54,741 nucleotides of DNA from a virus (IMGVR_UViG_3300022200_000058:1-54741); one strand, 5' to 3'; positions 44,511-54,741 are shown, counted from the stretch's first letter. Notes: generated by a model not told the origin, from the letters alone. Numbers and translations: made by a program.

Positions 44511-46220
44511 ATGTCAATAGATTTCGTTGAAAGTTTCACTGTTCAACTTCCTGACTTTGATAAGTCTGATATAGATTTCTCTGAGTCTTTCAATTCTAAG
44601 CATGGCCTAATCATAGAGGTGGCCGCAATACATGAGGGGCTAACAGCCAATTATAATCATTATTCAGCTGAAGCGTTAGAGTCAGCCTTAGAGTCTTGGG
44701 TTGCACCTTATCCTAAGCCAATAATATTGAATCATGATTTAAACACAGAACCAATTGGCAGAGTTATGGCAGCCAAGATGGATAAGGAAGAAGATGGCTC
44801 AAGTTTTGTTAGGCTTCAGATAGCCATAACCGATCCTGTAGCAGCTCAGAAAGTTTTAGATAAGAGATATCTGACTGGATCTGTTGGCGGTAGAGCAGGA
44901 AAAGCAGTATGTAGTATAAGTGGCGAAGATTTGGCCCAAGAAACAGACTCAGGCAGACCTCGTTTACCAAAGTACAGGAGGGGAAAAGTTTACAAGGGCA
45001 AACTCGCATATATAGATATGCAGGATATCTCGTTTAAAGAGTACTCCTTTGTTAATCAGCCGGCTGATCAAAAGTCGGGCGTTCGTTCAGCAAAGTCATC
45101 GTCCGGTGATGCACCAGTTGCGGCTTCTGACGACTGGGTGGCAAAGAGTGCCGCCTTTGTTCTTTCTATGGATACCGAAGATATAATATCTGTTCAGGAA
45201 AATGAATCAATATTAAAAGGTATGAAAAAGAAAGAATCACGACCCGCATATCTTCAACTTAAGGGAGCTTTTTTAACAGCTCTTGCGGCTGAGGAGATGG
45301 AAAGTGATATAAATACAGATGATTCATTACTATCTTATGAAGATTCCGAAAAAGCAAGATCTGAGGAGAATTCTATAATGGATGATGTTACCAAAGAAGA
45401 GGACATCTTAGCTGTGGCTACAGGTCTCAGTGAAGATTTGTCCAACATCACATCCTCCACTTCCGAGCAAGAAGAAACTCTTGAGGCGGAAAATGTGGAA
45501 GAGTCTGATGATACCGAAGCTGAGACGCAACAGTCAGAAGAGCAACCTGCAGAGGCAGATGTTGTAGCTTCTGATGATGCAACCGAAGAAGCTGATGAAG
45601 CTACCGAGGAGCAAGCTGAGGAGGCTGAGAAAGCCGAAGAAGGTTCTACTGACGATTCAGAAGAGGCGGATGTACAGAGTGTAGATTCCGAAAATGCTGA
45701 AGAGCCAGAAGAGGCATCATCTGATTCCATTGAGGTTGAAGATGATGAAGTTCAAGAAGAAGCTGTTCAAGACAGCGATCTCACCACAAACGAAAGTAGT
45801 GATGAGCAGGATGTTGAGCAGTTAAAGGCTCAAATGGCCCTTCTTGAAGAGCAAGTCTCAGCCACTAAGGCTGAGAATGCAAAGCTCAAAGGCGCATTAC
45901 ATATGACACTTGTTGAAAGAGTTGTAGATACTAAGATCGCTTTAGGTATTGAGAGTATTGAAGATCGTGAAGCTTTAATTGGTGAGCATTCATCACGTAC
46001 AGCTTCTTCATTGGCTGACAGTCTTAGAGATTTAGCTAAGACTCCTGCCGCAAGATCTGCAGTCCCCTCTTTGCCAGAGGTTATGTCTGAAGCTGAAGTT
46101 GTGGCAGAAGACAATGTTCTTACTATAGATTCTGATGCAAGTGAAGAAGAGCAGCTTTCACCGCAAGAGCAGTTCGAGCAGCTTTTTGTTGATACGCTTA
46201 TGGGCAGACGTAAACTCTGA
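44511..46220 (+). CDS. Prohead protease fused to acidic scaffolding domain
   Basis: PIILNHD, IGRV, GSVG, EYSFVNQPAD; long Glu/Asp-rich linker and coiled coil. Confidence 0.85.
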   Translation: MSIDFVESFTVQLPDFDKSDIDFSESFNSKHGLIIEVAAIHEGLTANYNHYSAEALESALESWVAPYPKPIILNHDLNTEPIGRVMAAKMDKEEDGSSFVRLQIAITDPVAAQKVLDKRYLTGSVGGRAGKAVCSISGEDLAQETDSGRPRLPKYRRGKVYKGKLAYIDMQDISFKEYSFVNQPADQKSGVRSAKSSSGDAPVAASDDWVAKSAAFVLSMDTEDIISVQENESILKGMKKKESRPAYLQLKGAFLTALAAEEMESDINTDDSLLSYEDSEKARSEENSIMDDVTKEEDILAVATGLSEDLSNITSSTSEQEETLEAENVEESDDTEAETQQSEEQPAEADVVASDDATEEADEATEEQAEEAEKAEEGSTDDSEEADVQSVDSENAEEPEEASSDSIEVEDDEVQEEAVQDSDLTTNESSDEQDVEQLKAQMALLEEQVSATKAENAKLKGALHMTLVERVVDTKIALGIESIEDREALIGEHSSRTASSLADSLRDLAKTPAARSAVPSLPEVMSEAEVVAEDNVLTIDSDASEEEQLSPQEQFEQLFVDTLMGRRKL

Positions 46221-46244
46221 TAACAACATTACAAGGAGATATAA

Positions 46245-47015
46245 ATGAGTTTAGCAAAGTTTCGTAAAGTACATAGCAAGACCGGCGCAGGTCGTTTCGT
46301 AGTTTCTGAGGGTATTGCCCCCAGTGCCTACTTGCTTCCTGACCAGGGTCTTCCTACATGGTACTATGACAGTGAGGATGATCGTTTTGAGATTGTCATC
46401 ACCAAGGGTACCATCCTATCAGTCGTTGCCGATTCAAATGGTGACGCTAGAGTCGTTCCCGCTAATGGTACAGGTTCAGCTGTAACTTGGGGCGATACAA
46501 TGAGCGGTTGGGATCCACTTGACGGTGCGACACCCAGCAGCACAAGTGGTTCAACCGACACAGTAACTGTTGCAGCACGCTCAGTTCCAATCGGTTGCGC
46601 TCAGTATGATCTCTACAGACCGTTCGATAAGGGCACATCCCAGGGTGCTGGCTTTATCACTCACGGTTACGTAGAGTACCCGATGGTTGAGGGTCTAAAC
46701 GATGCTCTTGCTATTGGTGATACGATCCGTGCGGACCATATGGGCCGTCCAGTGAAGCTCACCGCTGCAGAACAGTTGAACAGCAGTGCTGTTTACTCGC
46801 ATCTGCAGGTTGGCAAGGTCATTGAAGTTGAGAAGTTTGCTACAAACTTCGATGATGGCCTTCTCAGCTACATGCAGCTTCCATCTGATCCAGGTGCACT
46901 AAAGACTGTCTACGAGCTTACTCGTGATGGCGATTATAAGGGCAAGCTCGGTATTAGAGCTAACCTGGATGTAAACAACGTTGTTGGCGCATTCCGCGTC
47001 AATTTAACACTCTGA
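46245..47015 (+). CDS. Capsid decoration/cement protein (putative)
   Basis: Between scaffold and major capsid genes; RBS AAGGAG; strong codon bias. Confidence 0.65.
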   Translation: MSLAKFRKVHSKTGAGRFVVSEGIAPSAYLLPDQGLPTWYYDSEDDRFEIVITKGTILSVVADSNGDARVVPANGTGSAVTWGDTMSGWDPLDGATPSSTSGSTDTVTVAARSVPIGCAQYDLYRPFDKGTSQGAGFITHGYVEYPMVEGLNDALAIGDTIRADHMGRPVKLTAAEQLNSSAVYSHLQVGKVIEVEKFATNFDDGLLSYMQLPSDPGALKTVYELTRDGDYKGKLGIRANLDVNNVVGAFRVNLTL

Positions 47016-47046
47016 GAAAATATAACACAGGAGGAATAATCCTAAG

Positions 47047-48105
47047 ATGAGTAAGACAATCCAAGAGCTCCTCTCGGGTCTCCCAGCTTGGGAGGCTGCA
47101 CTGACTGAGGACGGACACATCGATGAAGAGAATAGAGTAACAATTAAGGAAGCATTTGCGTCACCTGACGCAGCTGCGTTGTTCCCTAAGGTTCTCTCTC
47201 GCACACTGAGGGAAGCTGCTGAGCCACAACTACTTGTGACTCCTCTGCTTTCAACAGTTCGCCTCGGCAAGGGGCGCTCATTGGAGTTTCCAGCAGTCAA
47301 TGCAATCCAAGCTGCCGAAATCCCTGAGGGTCAAGAGTACCCAGAGCAAGCACTCGCCTTCGCAAAGCAGGTAGAGGGCAAGGTCTCAAAGAAGGGCGTA
47401 AAGCTCGCCTTCACTGAAGAAGTCGTTGCTGACTCTCTTTGGGACATTGTTGGTCTACATGTCCGCGCCGCAGGTCGTGCTATGGCTCGCCTAAAGGAGC
47501 AAATTGCTCTGAGCCGCTTCAAGGATGCAGCTACAGTCGTCTTCGATAATGACGACGTTTCTTACGATAACACATCAGGTCTTGATATCGATGGCGTTGC
47601 CAACGACACCGTTACCTGGGATGATATCATTGACATGGCTGCTGTTCTTATGGCTGAAAATCACATCCCAACAGACTTCATGCTTCACCCCCTAATGTGG
47701 TCAGTGTTCCTCAAGGACGCTATCTTCCACGCCGGTGGTGCTGCTTCTGGGGTCAACCAGAGTTGGGGCTATCGTCCACAGTCCGCCGAAGGTGCACTTA
47801 ACACGACAGCTCCAATGGGTCTGAACGTAATTGTTTCACCATTCGTAAGCTTCACTGCTAAGAATGGCGCAACACCTGCTAAGTCAGACCTCTTCCTCAT
47901 TGATCGCAATGAGGTTGGGACACTCCTGGTCAAGGATGACATGAGCACGGATCAGTTTGATGATCCCACACGTGACATTCGCTCACTCAAGATGAAGGAG
48001 CGCTATGACATCGTAATGCTGGGTGACGGTGAGGGTATCACTGTTGCTAAGAATGTCAGCCTTGCTCGCAACTACGAGGTTCAGGTCACCAACGAGGCCA
48101 CCTGA
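47047..48105 (+). CDS. Major capsid protein (HK97 fold)
   Basis: EIPEGQEYP, KKGVKLAFTEE, FMLHP, KERYD; RBS AGGAGG; followed by a terminator. Confidence 0.9.
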   Translation: MSKTIQELLSGLPAWEAALTEDGHIDEENRVTIKEAFASPDAAALFPKVLSRTLREAAEPQLLVTPLLSTVRLGKGRSLEFPAVNAIQAAEIPEGQEYPEQALAFAKQVEGKVSKKGVKLAFTEEVVADSLWDIVGLHVRAAGRAMARLKEQIALSRFKDAATVVFDNDDVSYDNTSGLDIDGVANDTVTWDDIIDMAAVLMAENHIPTDFMLHPLMWSVFLKDAIFHAGGAASGVNQSWGYRPQSAEGALNTTAPMGLNVIVSPFVSFTAKNGATPAKSDLFLIDRNEVGTLLVKDDMSTDQFDDPTRDIRSLKMKERYDIVMLGDGEGITVAKNVSLARNYEVQVTNEAT

Positions 48106-48143
48106 TAAAACCTTAGGGTTGTTATAGTTACGAATACCCTATG

Positions 48144-48182
48144 GCTAGGGGGCGGTGGAGAAATCTGCCGCCCCCTAGTTTT
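48144..48182 (+). terminator. Intrinsic terminator after the major capsid gene
   Basis: CTAGGGGGCGGTGGA-GAAA-TCTGCCGCCCCCTAG-TTTT. Confidence 0.85.
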
Positions 48183-48239
48183 ATATAGGGTTTTAAGTGT
48201 TACTATTATTGTATCCGCTATGTTTTGGAGTGTGATTAA

Positions 48240-49013
48240 GTGGCTTTTTCAAATCTAGTTAATAATTTTGTTGTCGGAATTAACAGCCTTCAAATAAAGT
48301 TTATTCGTTCAGTTCAGATTACTTCTTTATTAGATGAAAACTTTGTATTGACAAAAACATCTGATCCATCTTCTCCTATAAGTTCACCATTTAGAGATAT
48401 TAATACTCTTGTTCACTATAATTCTATAAGCAGGGTTTTAACTTTGTTCTGGAATGTAGTTTTAGATGGAAATACAGAGTATACAGTTACCATAAGTAAT
48501 CTTAAAGATGGCGGTGGTTTAACGATACCATCAGATAGTTTTAGCTTCACCACTCCAGAATCATCTGCAACTCCTAGTAGTTTAGTTTCTACAGGAACTG
48601 TTATAGAGGAAGTTTTAATTCAGGATAAGTCAGTTAAAGTAGACTTTGAAACTGGATATCAAATAATAGCAAAAAATCCAGAATTTTACATTAAAGAAGT
48701 TAGCCCTACTAATGGAGCTTTTTATATTAATAATGGCGAAAATGATGGAAGAGTTGTATTAACCTTTAATCAAAGACCAGCAAGCAACTTCTTAACTTCA
48801 AAGTATTTTAAAGCCCAAAGAAAAAAAATGCAAAGGGCACCTTCTAGGTGGGAAAATGTTTCTACTCAGATATCTATGCACTCATGGAAGCCAGATGTTT
48901 TTGTAGATTTTCCATCAGATGATAGTACTCCGGTTTATTATGAAGATGGTAAGACTTATTTTGAAACAGGGTATAAATACAGGATTATTGTTTCTTCAGA
49001 GGTGGGAGTATAA
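48240..49013 (+). CDS. Ig-like domain virion protein
   Basis: LDGNTEYTVTISNLKD...FSFTT (Big_5-like). Confidence 0.65.
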   Translation: MAFSNLVNNFVVGINSLQIKFIRSVQITSLLDENFVLTKTSDPSSPISSPFRDINTLVHYNSISRVLTLFWNVVLDGNTEYTVTISNLKDGGGLTIPSDSFSFTTPESSATPSSLVSTGTVIEEVLIQDKSVKVDFETGYQIIAKNPEFYIKEVSPTNGAFYINNGENDGRVVLTFNQRPASNFLTSKYFKAQRKKMQRAPSRWENVSTQISMHSWKPDVFVDFPSDDSTPVYYEDGKTYFETGYKYRIIVSSEVGV

Positions 49014-49423
49014 TGGCGAATCAACTATATACAAGTATGAAAGAAGATTTTCTTAATGGAAGTATAAATTTATCTTCTGTAAGTGTAAGGGTTCTTTTGG
49101 TAAAAAGTTCATATTCTGTAGATATTGATAATGATAGATATGTTTCCGATATAGGTTCTGGAAATATAGCAGGAAGAAGCAATAATTTAGATAACGTAAC
49201 TATAACTGATGGAATTTTTGACGCAGAAAATGAAACTATAGAAAACTATGGGACAGAAGGATTTAGTTATCTAGTTCTGTATGAATCCACTGGGGATGAT
49301 TCTACGTCTAGGCTAATAGCCTATATGGATACTGGTAGCGGTTTACCAGTTACCGGTACTACTGAAACTATATCGGTTACTATACAGTGGAGTGATTTAC
49401 TCACGAAGATATTTAGTTTATAA
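49013..49423 (+). CDS. Virion structural protein
   Basis: RLIAYMD..LPV...ITIQW...IF pattern seen in phage tail proteins. Confidence 0.6.
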   Translation: MANQLYTSMKEDFLNGSINLSSVSVRVLLVKSSYSVDIDNDRYVSDIGSGNIAGRSNNLDNVTITDGIFDAENETIENYGTEGFSYLVLYESTGDDSTSRLIAYMDTGSGLPVTGTTETISVTIQWSDLLTKIFSL

Positions 49424-49433
49424 GGAAAATAAC

Positions 49434-49772
49434 ATGGCTACAAATTATCCAAATTCTTTAGACACTTTACAGAATCCAACATCTACCGATAGGTTGGATT
49501 CACCTACCGTACCTCATCATGAGCAGCACGCAAATGCCAATGATGCAATAGAAGCTATACAAACAGTTTTGGGTGTCAGCCCTGCTGGTGGACATTTAAC
49601 AGTTAAAGACAGAATTATAGCAGCTGAGACAGATATAGTTAATCAGTCTGTTTTAAATGGGTTAACAGACGTTACTATTGGTACAGCGAATGGTGGAGAT
49701 ATTTTGCGTTATTCAGGAACTGAATGGGTTAATTATCCAGAAGAAAATCTTGTTGATGGAGGAAACTTTTAA
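49434..49772 (+). CDS. Virion structural protein (start MATNYP)
   Basis: HHEQHANANDAIEAIQ; LTDVTI...GDILRY..WVN; ends DGGNF. Confidence 0.65.
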   Translation: MATNYPNSLDTLQNPTSTDRLDSPTVPHHEQHANANDAIEAIQTVLGVSPAGGHLTVKDRIIAAETDIVNQSVLNGLTDVTIGTANGGDILRYSGTEWVNYPEENLVDGGNF

Positions 49773-49774
49773 AC

Positions 49775-51502
49775 ATGGCTAATACAATTAGAATTAAAAG
49801 AAGATCTAGTGGTGGTGCAGGTGCGCCTAGTACACTTGAAAACGCAGAACTAGCATTTAACGAAGTAGATGATACACTTTATTATGGTGAGGGCACAGGT
49901 GGAGCTGGCGGTACAGCTACCACCATATTGGCAATTGGTGGCTCTGGCGCATTTGTAACAAGGGCAACTTCTCAGACAGTAAGTGGAGATAAGACATTTA
50001 GCGGTGCAGTCTCACTGGGTTCATCAGCTACAGCTACCACTCAGACAGCTGGAGACAATTCAACTTCAGTTGCTACTACAGCATATGTTGATGGAGCTAT
50101 TACAGATTCTACATATACATTTAATATAGCCGCTGATGGTGGTACTCCACAAACTGTAGATGATGAAGAGACTTTTACCATATCTGGGGGTACAGGCTTA
50201 ACAACCACTGCTGGCGCTACAAACACCATAACGATTGATCTTGACGATACAGCAGTAACTGCTGGTAGCTACGGTTCATCAACAGCAATCCCAACTTTCA
50301 CAGTTGATGCACAAGGCCGCTTAACTGCAGCTGGTACAGCAAGTGTTGCTACAACACTGGGAATAGCTGATGATAATGCTAACAGTGATACTGTAGATCT
50401 TTTAAATGATACACTTACTTTCTCAGAAGGAGAGGGTATTGACGTTGTTGTTTCGGATAATACGGTAACTATTTCAGCAGAAGATGCTACGACTACGAAT
50501 AAAGGTGTGGCATCCTTTGCTACGGCTGACTTTACTGTCTCAACTGGTGCAGTATCGATTAAGAATGTAAATTTAGCTACTCAGACTACTGGTGACTACG
50601 TTGCTTCATTGGTTGCTGGTACTGGTGTTACTTTATCAAATAATTCTGGAGAAAATGCAACTCCAACTGTTGCTATTGGGCAGGCAGTTGAGACTACTTC
50701 AGATGTTAACTTTGCAACTGTTAGCACAACTGGTAATGGTTCAATTGGTGGAGATTTAACAGTTACTGGAGACTTGACTGTTAATGGTACAACAACAACA
50801 GTTAACTCAACAACAATCACGGTTGACGACAAGAATATAGAACTTGCTTCAACGGCTAGTCCATCTGACGCAGGCGCTGATGGTGGTGGTATAACACTTA
50901 AAGGTACTACCGATAAAACATTTAACTGGGTCGATGCTACTGATTCATGGACATCTTCAGAGCACTTAGATCTAGCCAGTGGTAAAGGATACTTTATCAA
51001 TAATGCTAGTGTACTTAGCGCCACAACACTTGGGTCTGGAGTAGTTAACTCAAGCCTTACCTCTGTTGGAACAATTGGTACTGGAACTTGGCAGGGTACA
51101 ATTGTAGCTCCTACTTATGGTGGCACCGGTGTTAATAATGGCACTAGTACGATAACTATAGGTGGCAATTTAGAGCTTTCTGGAGCTTTTTCAACGACCA
51201 TAACCGTTACTGGTGCCACTACAGTCACCTTGCCAACAACCGGCACCCTAGCAACGCTCACCAATGCCGAGACGTTAAGCAATAAGACAATAACTAATTC
51301 TAGTATCGGTTCATCTAACCCCTCTACTGCAGCATTTACAACGCTTACAGCAAGTGGAGCTACTACATTAACTGCAGCTACAGCTTCAACATCTTATACG
51401 ACTGGTACCTTAGTGGTTACTGGAGGTGTGGGTATATCTGGGGATCTTTACGGTAATAGTTCGGATTTAGAGGGTTTCCTTATAGACGGTGGCACATTCT
51501 GA
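49775..51502 (+). CDS. Thr/Gly-rich fibre protein
   Basis: N-terminal IRIKRRS...ELAFNEVD; VDAQGRLTAA; GDLTVNGT repeats; ends DGGTF. Confidence 0.75.
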   Translation: MANTIRIKRRSSGGAGAPSTLENAELAFNEVDDTLYYGEGTGGAGGTATTILAIGGSGAFVTRATSQTVSGDKTFSGAVSLGSSATATTQTAGDNSTSVATTAYVDGAITDSTYTFNIAADGGTPQTVDDEETFTISGGTGLTTTAGATNTITIDLDDTAVTAGSYGSSTAIPTFTVDAQGRLTAAGTASVATTLGIADDNANSDTVDLLNDTLTFSEGEGIDVVVSDNTVTISAEDATTTNKGVASFATADFTVSTGAVSIKNVNLATQTTGDYVASLVAGTGVTLSNNSGENATPTVAIGQAVETTSDVNFATVSTTGNGSIGGDLTVTGDLTVNGTTTTVNSTTITVDDKNIELASTASPSDAGADGGGITLKGTTDKTFNWVDATDSWTSSEHLDLASGKGYFINNASVLSATTLGSGVVNSSLTSVGTIGTGTWQGTIVAPTYGGTGVNNGTSTITIGGNLELSGAFSTTITVTGATTVTLPTTGTLATLTNAETLSNKTITNSSIGSSNPSTAAFTTLTASGATTLTAATASTSYTTGTLVVTGGVGISGDLYGNSSDLEGFLIDGGTF

Positions 51503-51518
51503 TAAGTAGGTTTTAATC

Positions 51519-51890
51519 ATGCTGTACAATGAAGGCATAAGGTATGATGAGCCGTATTTTCAGTATAATGGCGTAAGGGTTGTAGAGCCATCATCATTTG
51601 GCCCAACCGCAAATATTACTGATATTAAAATCTATAAGGTTGTAATTCTTTATCCTGAAAGTATAGATTCTACATTAGTTTTCGTAGGTGCAGACAAGGT
51701 TGTTGTAGGTTCTGGTGAAGAGCAAGTTTCAGAATCTACCGCATTTATGTCGTTTGATACCTATAACTCTGGCTACATAGCCTTTAGCGTTAATCAGGAA
51801 GATGCTTATGCGATAGCGTCAGCTGAAACTATTATTCTAGAAGATAATTCAGCTGGCACTACAGATGTTACTATTATACCAACAGCTTAG
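51519..51890 (+). CDS. Hypothetical virion protein
   Basis: Position in the structural operon. Confidence 0.6.
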   Translation: MLYNEGIRYDEPYFQYNGVRVVEPSSFGPTANITDIKIYKVVILYPESIDSTLVFVGADKVVVGSGEEQVSESTAFMSFDTYNSGYIAFSVNQEDAYAIASAETIILEDNSAGTTDVTIIPTA

Positions 51891-51902
51891 AATAGAGGAA
51901 TT

Positions 51903-52802
51903 ATGTCGACACAAAAAGTTTTGGTAAATGATACAGTTAGAGTTAGGGTTCGTTTTGTAGACATAAATCCTACGACTGGAGAAGAAGAAGACTTATCACC
52001 TCTTACTGTAGCTGTTGAAATAACAGATAGTTCTTCTAATGTTGTTGTATCTGAAAACGCTAATGCATTTTCGTCATCATCTTTTTATTATGATTTTGTT
52101 CCGACAGCAGCTGGAGAGTTTAACGTAAAGTTTTCTGGAATTCTAGATAACGGCAATACTGTTATAGTTCAGCAAAAGTTGTATGTTAGTACAACTACTG
52201 AGACGTATCAGCCTTTAGTTACACTTGGCGTGGATGAGCACATTGTTTTTGCAGCAGATGTAGATCCACTATATATTGATCCTGACGAGCTACTACCTTA
52301 TTTCCCCGATGCTACTCTTCTTGAAATAGGCGAGATTGTACATACATATTCAGAAGAGGTAAAGAAGCTTTATAAACTTAGAGATGATCAAAATGTTTCT
52401 GAGCTTCCTGTTATAGTTTATGATTACATTAAGGCAGCTACAGCATGTGACCTTACTAGAACCTATGGGTTTGGTGGAGATGATGAGGTATCTATCAGTT
52501 TAGGTGACCTATCTATAAATAATAGAAATGTTCCAAGAAATACAGTAACTAGAGATAATGCTTCAACCTGGTGTCAAATAGCTACAGCATTGAGGAAAGA
52601 ACTTATTGCAGCGAAGGTTGGTCCTAGGGCAATTACTCCGAGAGGTGTTCCTGGTGAAAGCATAGGTACTTCTGGTGGCGTCAAGGATCCTGAAACTGGA
52701 AAGATAGTTTATCTGTCAGATAGAGAGCTTTATGGTCCCGGTAGGCAGCCGCCAAGAGATAATGACCAAATGCCTCAGAGAGACCTAAGAAGTTATGATT
52801 AA
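51903..52802 (+). CDS. Putative head-tail adaptor/neck protein with N-terminal Ig-like domain
   Basis: Position; ISLGDLSI. Confidence 0.55.
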   Translation: MSTQKVLVNDTVRVRVRFVDINPTTGEEEDLSPLTVAVEITDSSSNVVVSENANAFSSSSFYYDFVPTAAGEFNVKFSGILDNGNTVIVQQKLYVSTTTETYQPLVTLGVDEHIVFAADVDPLYIDPDELLPYFPDATLLEIGEIVHTYSEEVKKLYKLRDDQNVSELPVIVYDYIKAATACDLTRTYGFGGDDEVSISLGDLSINNRNVPRNTVTRDNASTWCQIATALRKELIAAKVGPRAITPRGVPGESIGTSGGVKDPETGKIVYLSDRELYGPGRQPPRDNDQMPQRDLRSYD

Positions 52803-53163
52803 TGTAAAGAAAACATTTAGGCAAATACTTAAACAGTGGGGCCATGATGTATATCTTCAAAGAATTCTTTCTAATGGTAATTATTCTGAACAGCTAGAAA
52901 GAATAACTACTAGACAGTTGGGTCAGACCGGAGCTCTTAATGCAAACTCGGTGCAAGAAATGCCACCAGGATTATTTACTAAATATGACGCAGTGTATTA
53001 TTTTGAAGACACGGTAAATCCAAAAGAAGGAGATATGATATACGAGTCTATCTCTGTTAAAATAAATAAATCATCAACAAGGTTTAGAGTTGATACAGCT
53101 ACTGCAATTAGAGGTCGACTGGGTAAAATAGATTACTGGATTGTTGGAGCTACAAGAGAGTGA
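52795..53163 (+). CDS. Putative head closure protein
   Basis: WGHDVYL, PKEGDMI; position before the sheath. Confidence 0.55.
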   Translation: MINVKKTFRQILKQWGHDVYLQRILSNGNYSEQLERITTRQLGQTGALNANSVQEMPPGLFTKYDAVYYFEDTVNPKEGDMIYESISVKINKSSTRFRVDTATAIRGRLGKIDYWIVGATRE

Positions 53164-53167
53164 CAAT

Positions 53168-54741
53168 ATGATTTCTTTATACAATAATCAAAGAGCTAAT
53201 TTTAAGTTTGTTTTCTCCTCTGAGTTAAACGTATATAATCCTTTATCTCTTTCTACTCCAAAAGAAGTAATTATAAACATTTATAGAGGCGATGGGACTT
53301 CTGGAGCTGTTGTTGCCGGGCCGTATTCTTCAATTTATCAAGATTCTCAAGTAAATGAAGACTCATATATATCATCTAACATTTATGATGAAATAGTTTT
53401 TACATATAGAGTTCCAGATGCTCTCTTTGAGGGAATATACACTGTTCAAGCATCTGTAGAGGGTCCAGATGGTTTATTGATACGCAACTATTCTTTGTTT
53501 CAAGTTGTAAAAGAAGAAACATCTCTTTCTCCTGTTACATTTACTAATAATTCTAGTGCGATAGTTAATTATAGGCCAGAATATAAGCAGCTTAGTAGAA
53601 CTAATCATGGAACCCTGTTGTTGATAGGGCATGCTGACGGCGTAGCCCTTAATGAGCCTTTTAGACTTAGGACAATACAGCATGCTATTGATACTTTGGG
53701 TGCTGATTTTAACTCCCCCCTATTAAAAGGCATACTCAACGCCTATGCCGCCGGTGCCACCGATATAGTGGCTTGCGCTGCAGCACCAATGTCAGAATAT
53801 GTAGATGATTTTAATTACCGTTTACAATCTGGTAATGTTTTCGATTATCAGGGTAGCTTAACAAGTAAAAATTTTTATGAAAGATACTATGAAAGACTAG
53901 AAGACACCTATGATGCGATAGGGTCTTTGGATTTTATAGATGTTATAGTTCCATTGCAGGCATCTATCATTAGAACTGATACTTATGACTTCGTAACTCA
54001 GTTAGCAGAGTATTGCTATAACTTTAATAATAATACTGGCTTTGTACAAATGGGAGTCATAGGTTCAAGGACTAATGGTTTTAGTTCTTCAGATGTTGAC
54101 TTGATAGAGCAAAGCTCTGTTCTAAAGGACAAGTTAACCACTTACTACGGTGATGCCGTGTCGTCAGATATAGGAAGATTTGTTGTTCCTATCTATGGCG
54201 AGTGTCTATATAGTCATCCTCAGGTAAGATATACATACGTGGATTCTGTCGCCGCATCATATGCTGGGATGCTGGTGTCAAATGGTTTAGGAACTTCTTT
54301 GATTAAGAAAAGAATTCCTGGAGCTGTTTCGGTTTTTGGTTCAGATTTAACTCATTCAGAGTATTCAAGATTAGATGATATTGGTATTAACACTATTTAC
54401 AGGGGTAAGAAAACTAAAAGAAATATAGATTTTGAGGTCTACGTAACAAATGACTATACCTTAGCAAGAAGTAGCAGTACCCTATATAAAGCGCAGCAGA
54501 TGAGGTTGATGGCCAGATTAATTAACGAAGTTAAAGTTTATGCTGGCCAGGCTATTGGTAGACTGTCTTATGATTCAGCCAGTGAAAAGGTTAAGAGAAT
54601 GTTAGATGGATTAGTTATAGATGGTGCAATTAATGATTACGCTTTTAATGTTACGGCAGATACTTTAAATCTTGGTAATTTATTATTTGATATAGAGGTA
54701 CTATCTTCTTTAGGTCTTAAAAAGATAGACTTCTCTTTGTC
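53168..54741 (+). CDS. Tail sheath protein (truncated at window end)
   Basis: Not in ORF track because no stop in window. ATG at 53168 is in frame with C-terminal LDDIGINTI...MRLMARLINEV...IG...GAINDY...LKKIDFSL. Confidence 0.8.
   Translation, partial: MISLYNNQRANFKFVFSSELNVYNPLSLSTPKEVIINIYRGDGTSGAVVAGPYSSIYQDSQVNEDSYISSNIYDEIVFTYRVPDALFEGIYTVQASVEGPDGLLIRNYSLFQVVKEETSLSPVTFTNNSSAIVNYRPEYKQLSRTNHGTLLLIGHADGVALNEPFRLRTIQHAIDTLGADFNSPLLKGILNAYAAGATDIVACAAAPMSEYVDDFNYRLQSGNVFDYQGSLTSKNFYERYYERLEDTYDAIGSLDFIDVIVPLQASIIRTDTYDFVTQLAEYCYNFNNNTGFVQMGVIGSRTNGFSSSDVDLIEQSSVLKDKLTTYYGDAVSSDIGRFVVPIYGECLYSHPQVRYTYVDSVAASYAGMLVSNGLGTSLIKKRIPGAVSVFGSDLTHSEYSRLDDIGINTIYRGKKTKRNIDFEVYVTNDYTLARSSSTLYKAQQMRLMARLINEVKVYAGQAIGRLSYDSASEKVKRMLDGLVIDGAINDYAFNVTADTLNLGNLLFDIEVLSSLGLKKIDFSL

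Noticed and set aside
26609-53683. Minus-strand ORFs within the virion module (e.g. 45335..45730, 50596..51024, 53474..53683)
   Set aside because: Antisense shadows of biased coding sequence
1-54741. Stop-codon reassignment
   Set aside because: Core genes (recA, terL, portal, major capsid) are intact and tightly packed under the standard bacterial code, and TAA, TGA and TAG all end genes

Overview
This 54.7 kb window is part of a large tailed dsDNA phage, most likely a myovirus (tail sheath at the right edge). The host is probably an actinobacterium, inferred from a DUF732-like lipoprotein and an SLT/lysozyme-like membrane protein. From 1 to about 23.5 kb nearly all genes are on the minus strand. 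They include a deaminase-like gene, an SF2 helicase, an ECF-type sigma factor, an 832-aa divergent single-subunit two-barrel (YonO/RdRP-like) RNA polymerase candidate, tRNA-Asn, tRNA-Arg, many small genes and recA. From about 23.6 kb the plus strand carries the virion module: ClpB-like ATPase, a 1244-aa DEDD-exonuclease protein, a C5 methyltransferase with a nested ORF, terminase, tail proteins, portal, glycosyltransferase, prohead protease/scaffold, capsid proteins and sheath. Five things stand out. (1) A GC-rich array at 17.0-20.9 kb holds 10 cassettes, each with the same non-sigma70 upstream motif, an RBS, 1-2 small genes and mostly UUCG hairpins; it includes three paralogous genes and ends at a palindrome where composition changes abruptly. 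(2) The divergent RNA polymerase sits next to a sigma factor and could read those motifs. (3) A non-coding block at 15.2-15.5 kb has four H-type pseudoknots followed by a 79-nt alanine-identity tRNA-like domain (tmRNA TLD with no mRNA domain), directly upstream of a ribosomal L7/L12-like gene. (4) A TTACTA motif recurs upstream of late genes. (5) A candidate sRNA has an anti-Shine-Dalgarno loop. All family assignments come from motif recognition by eye; no database searches were run.
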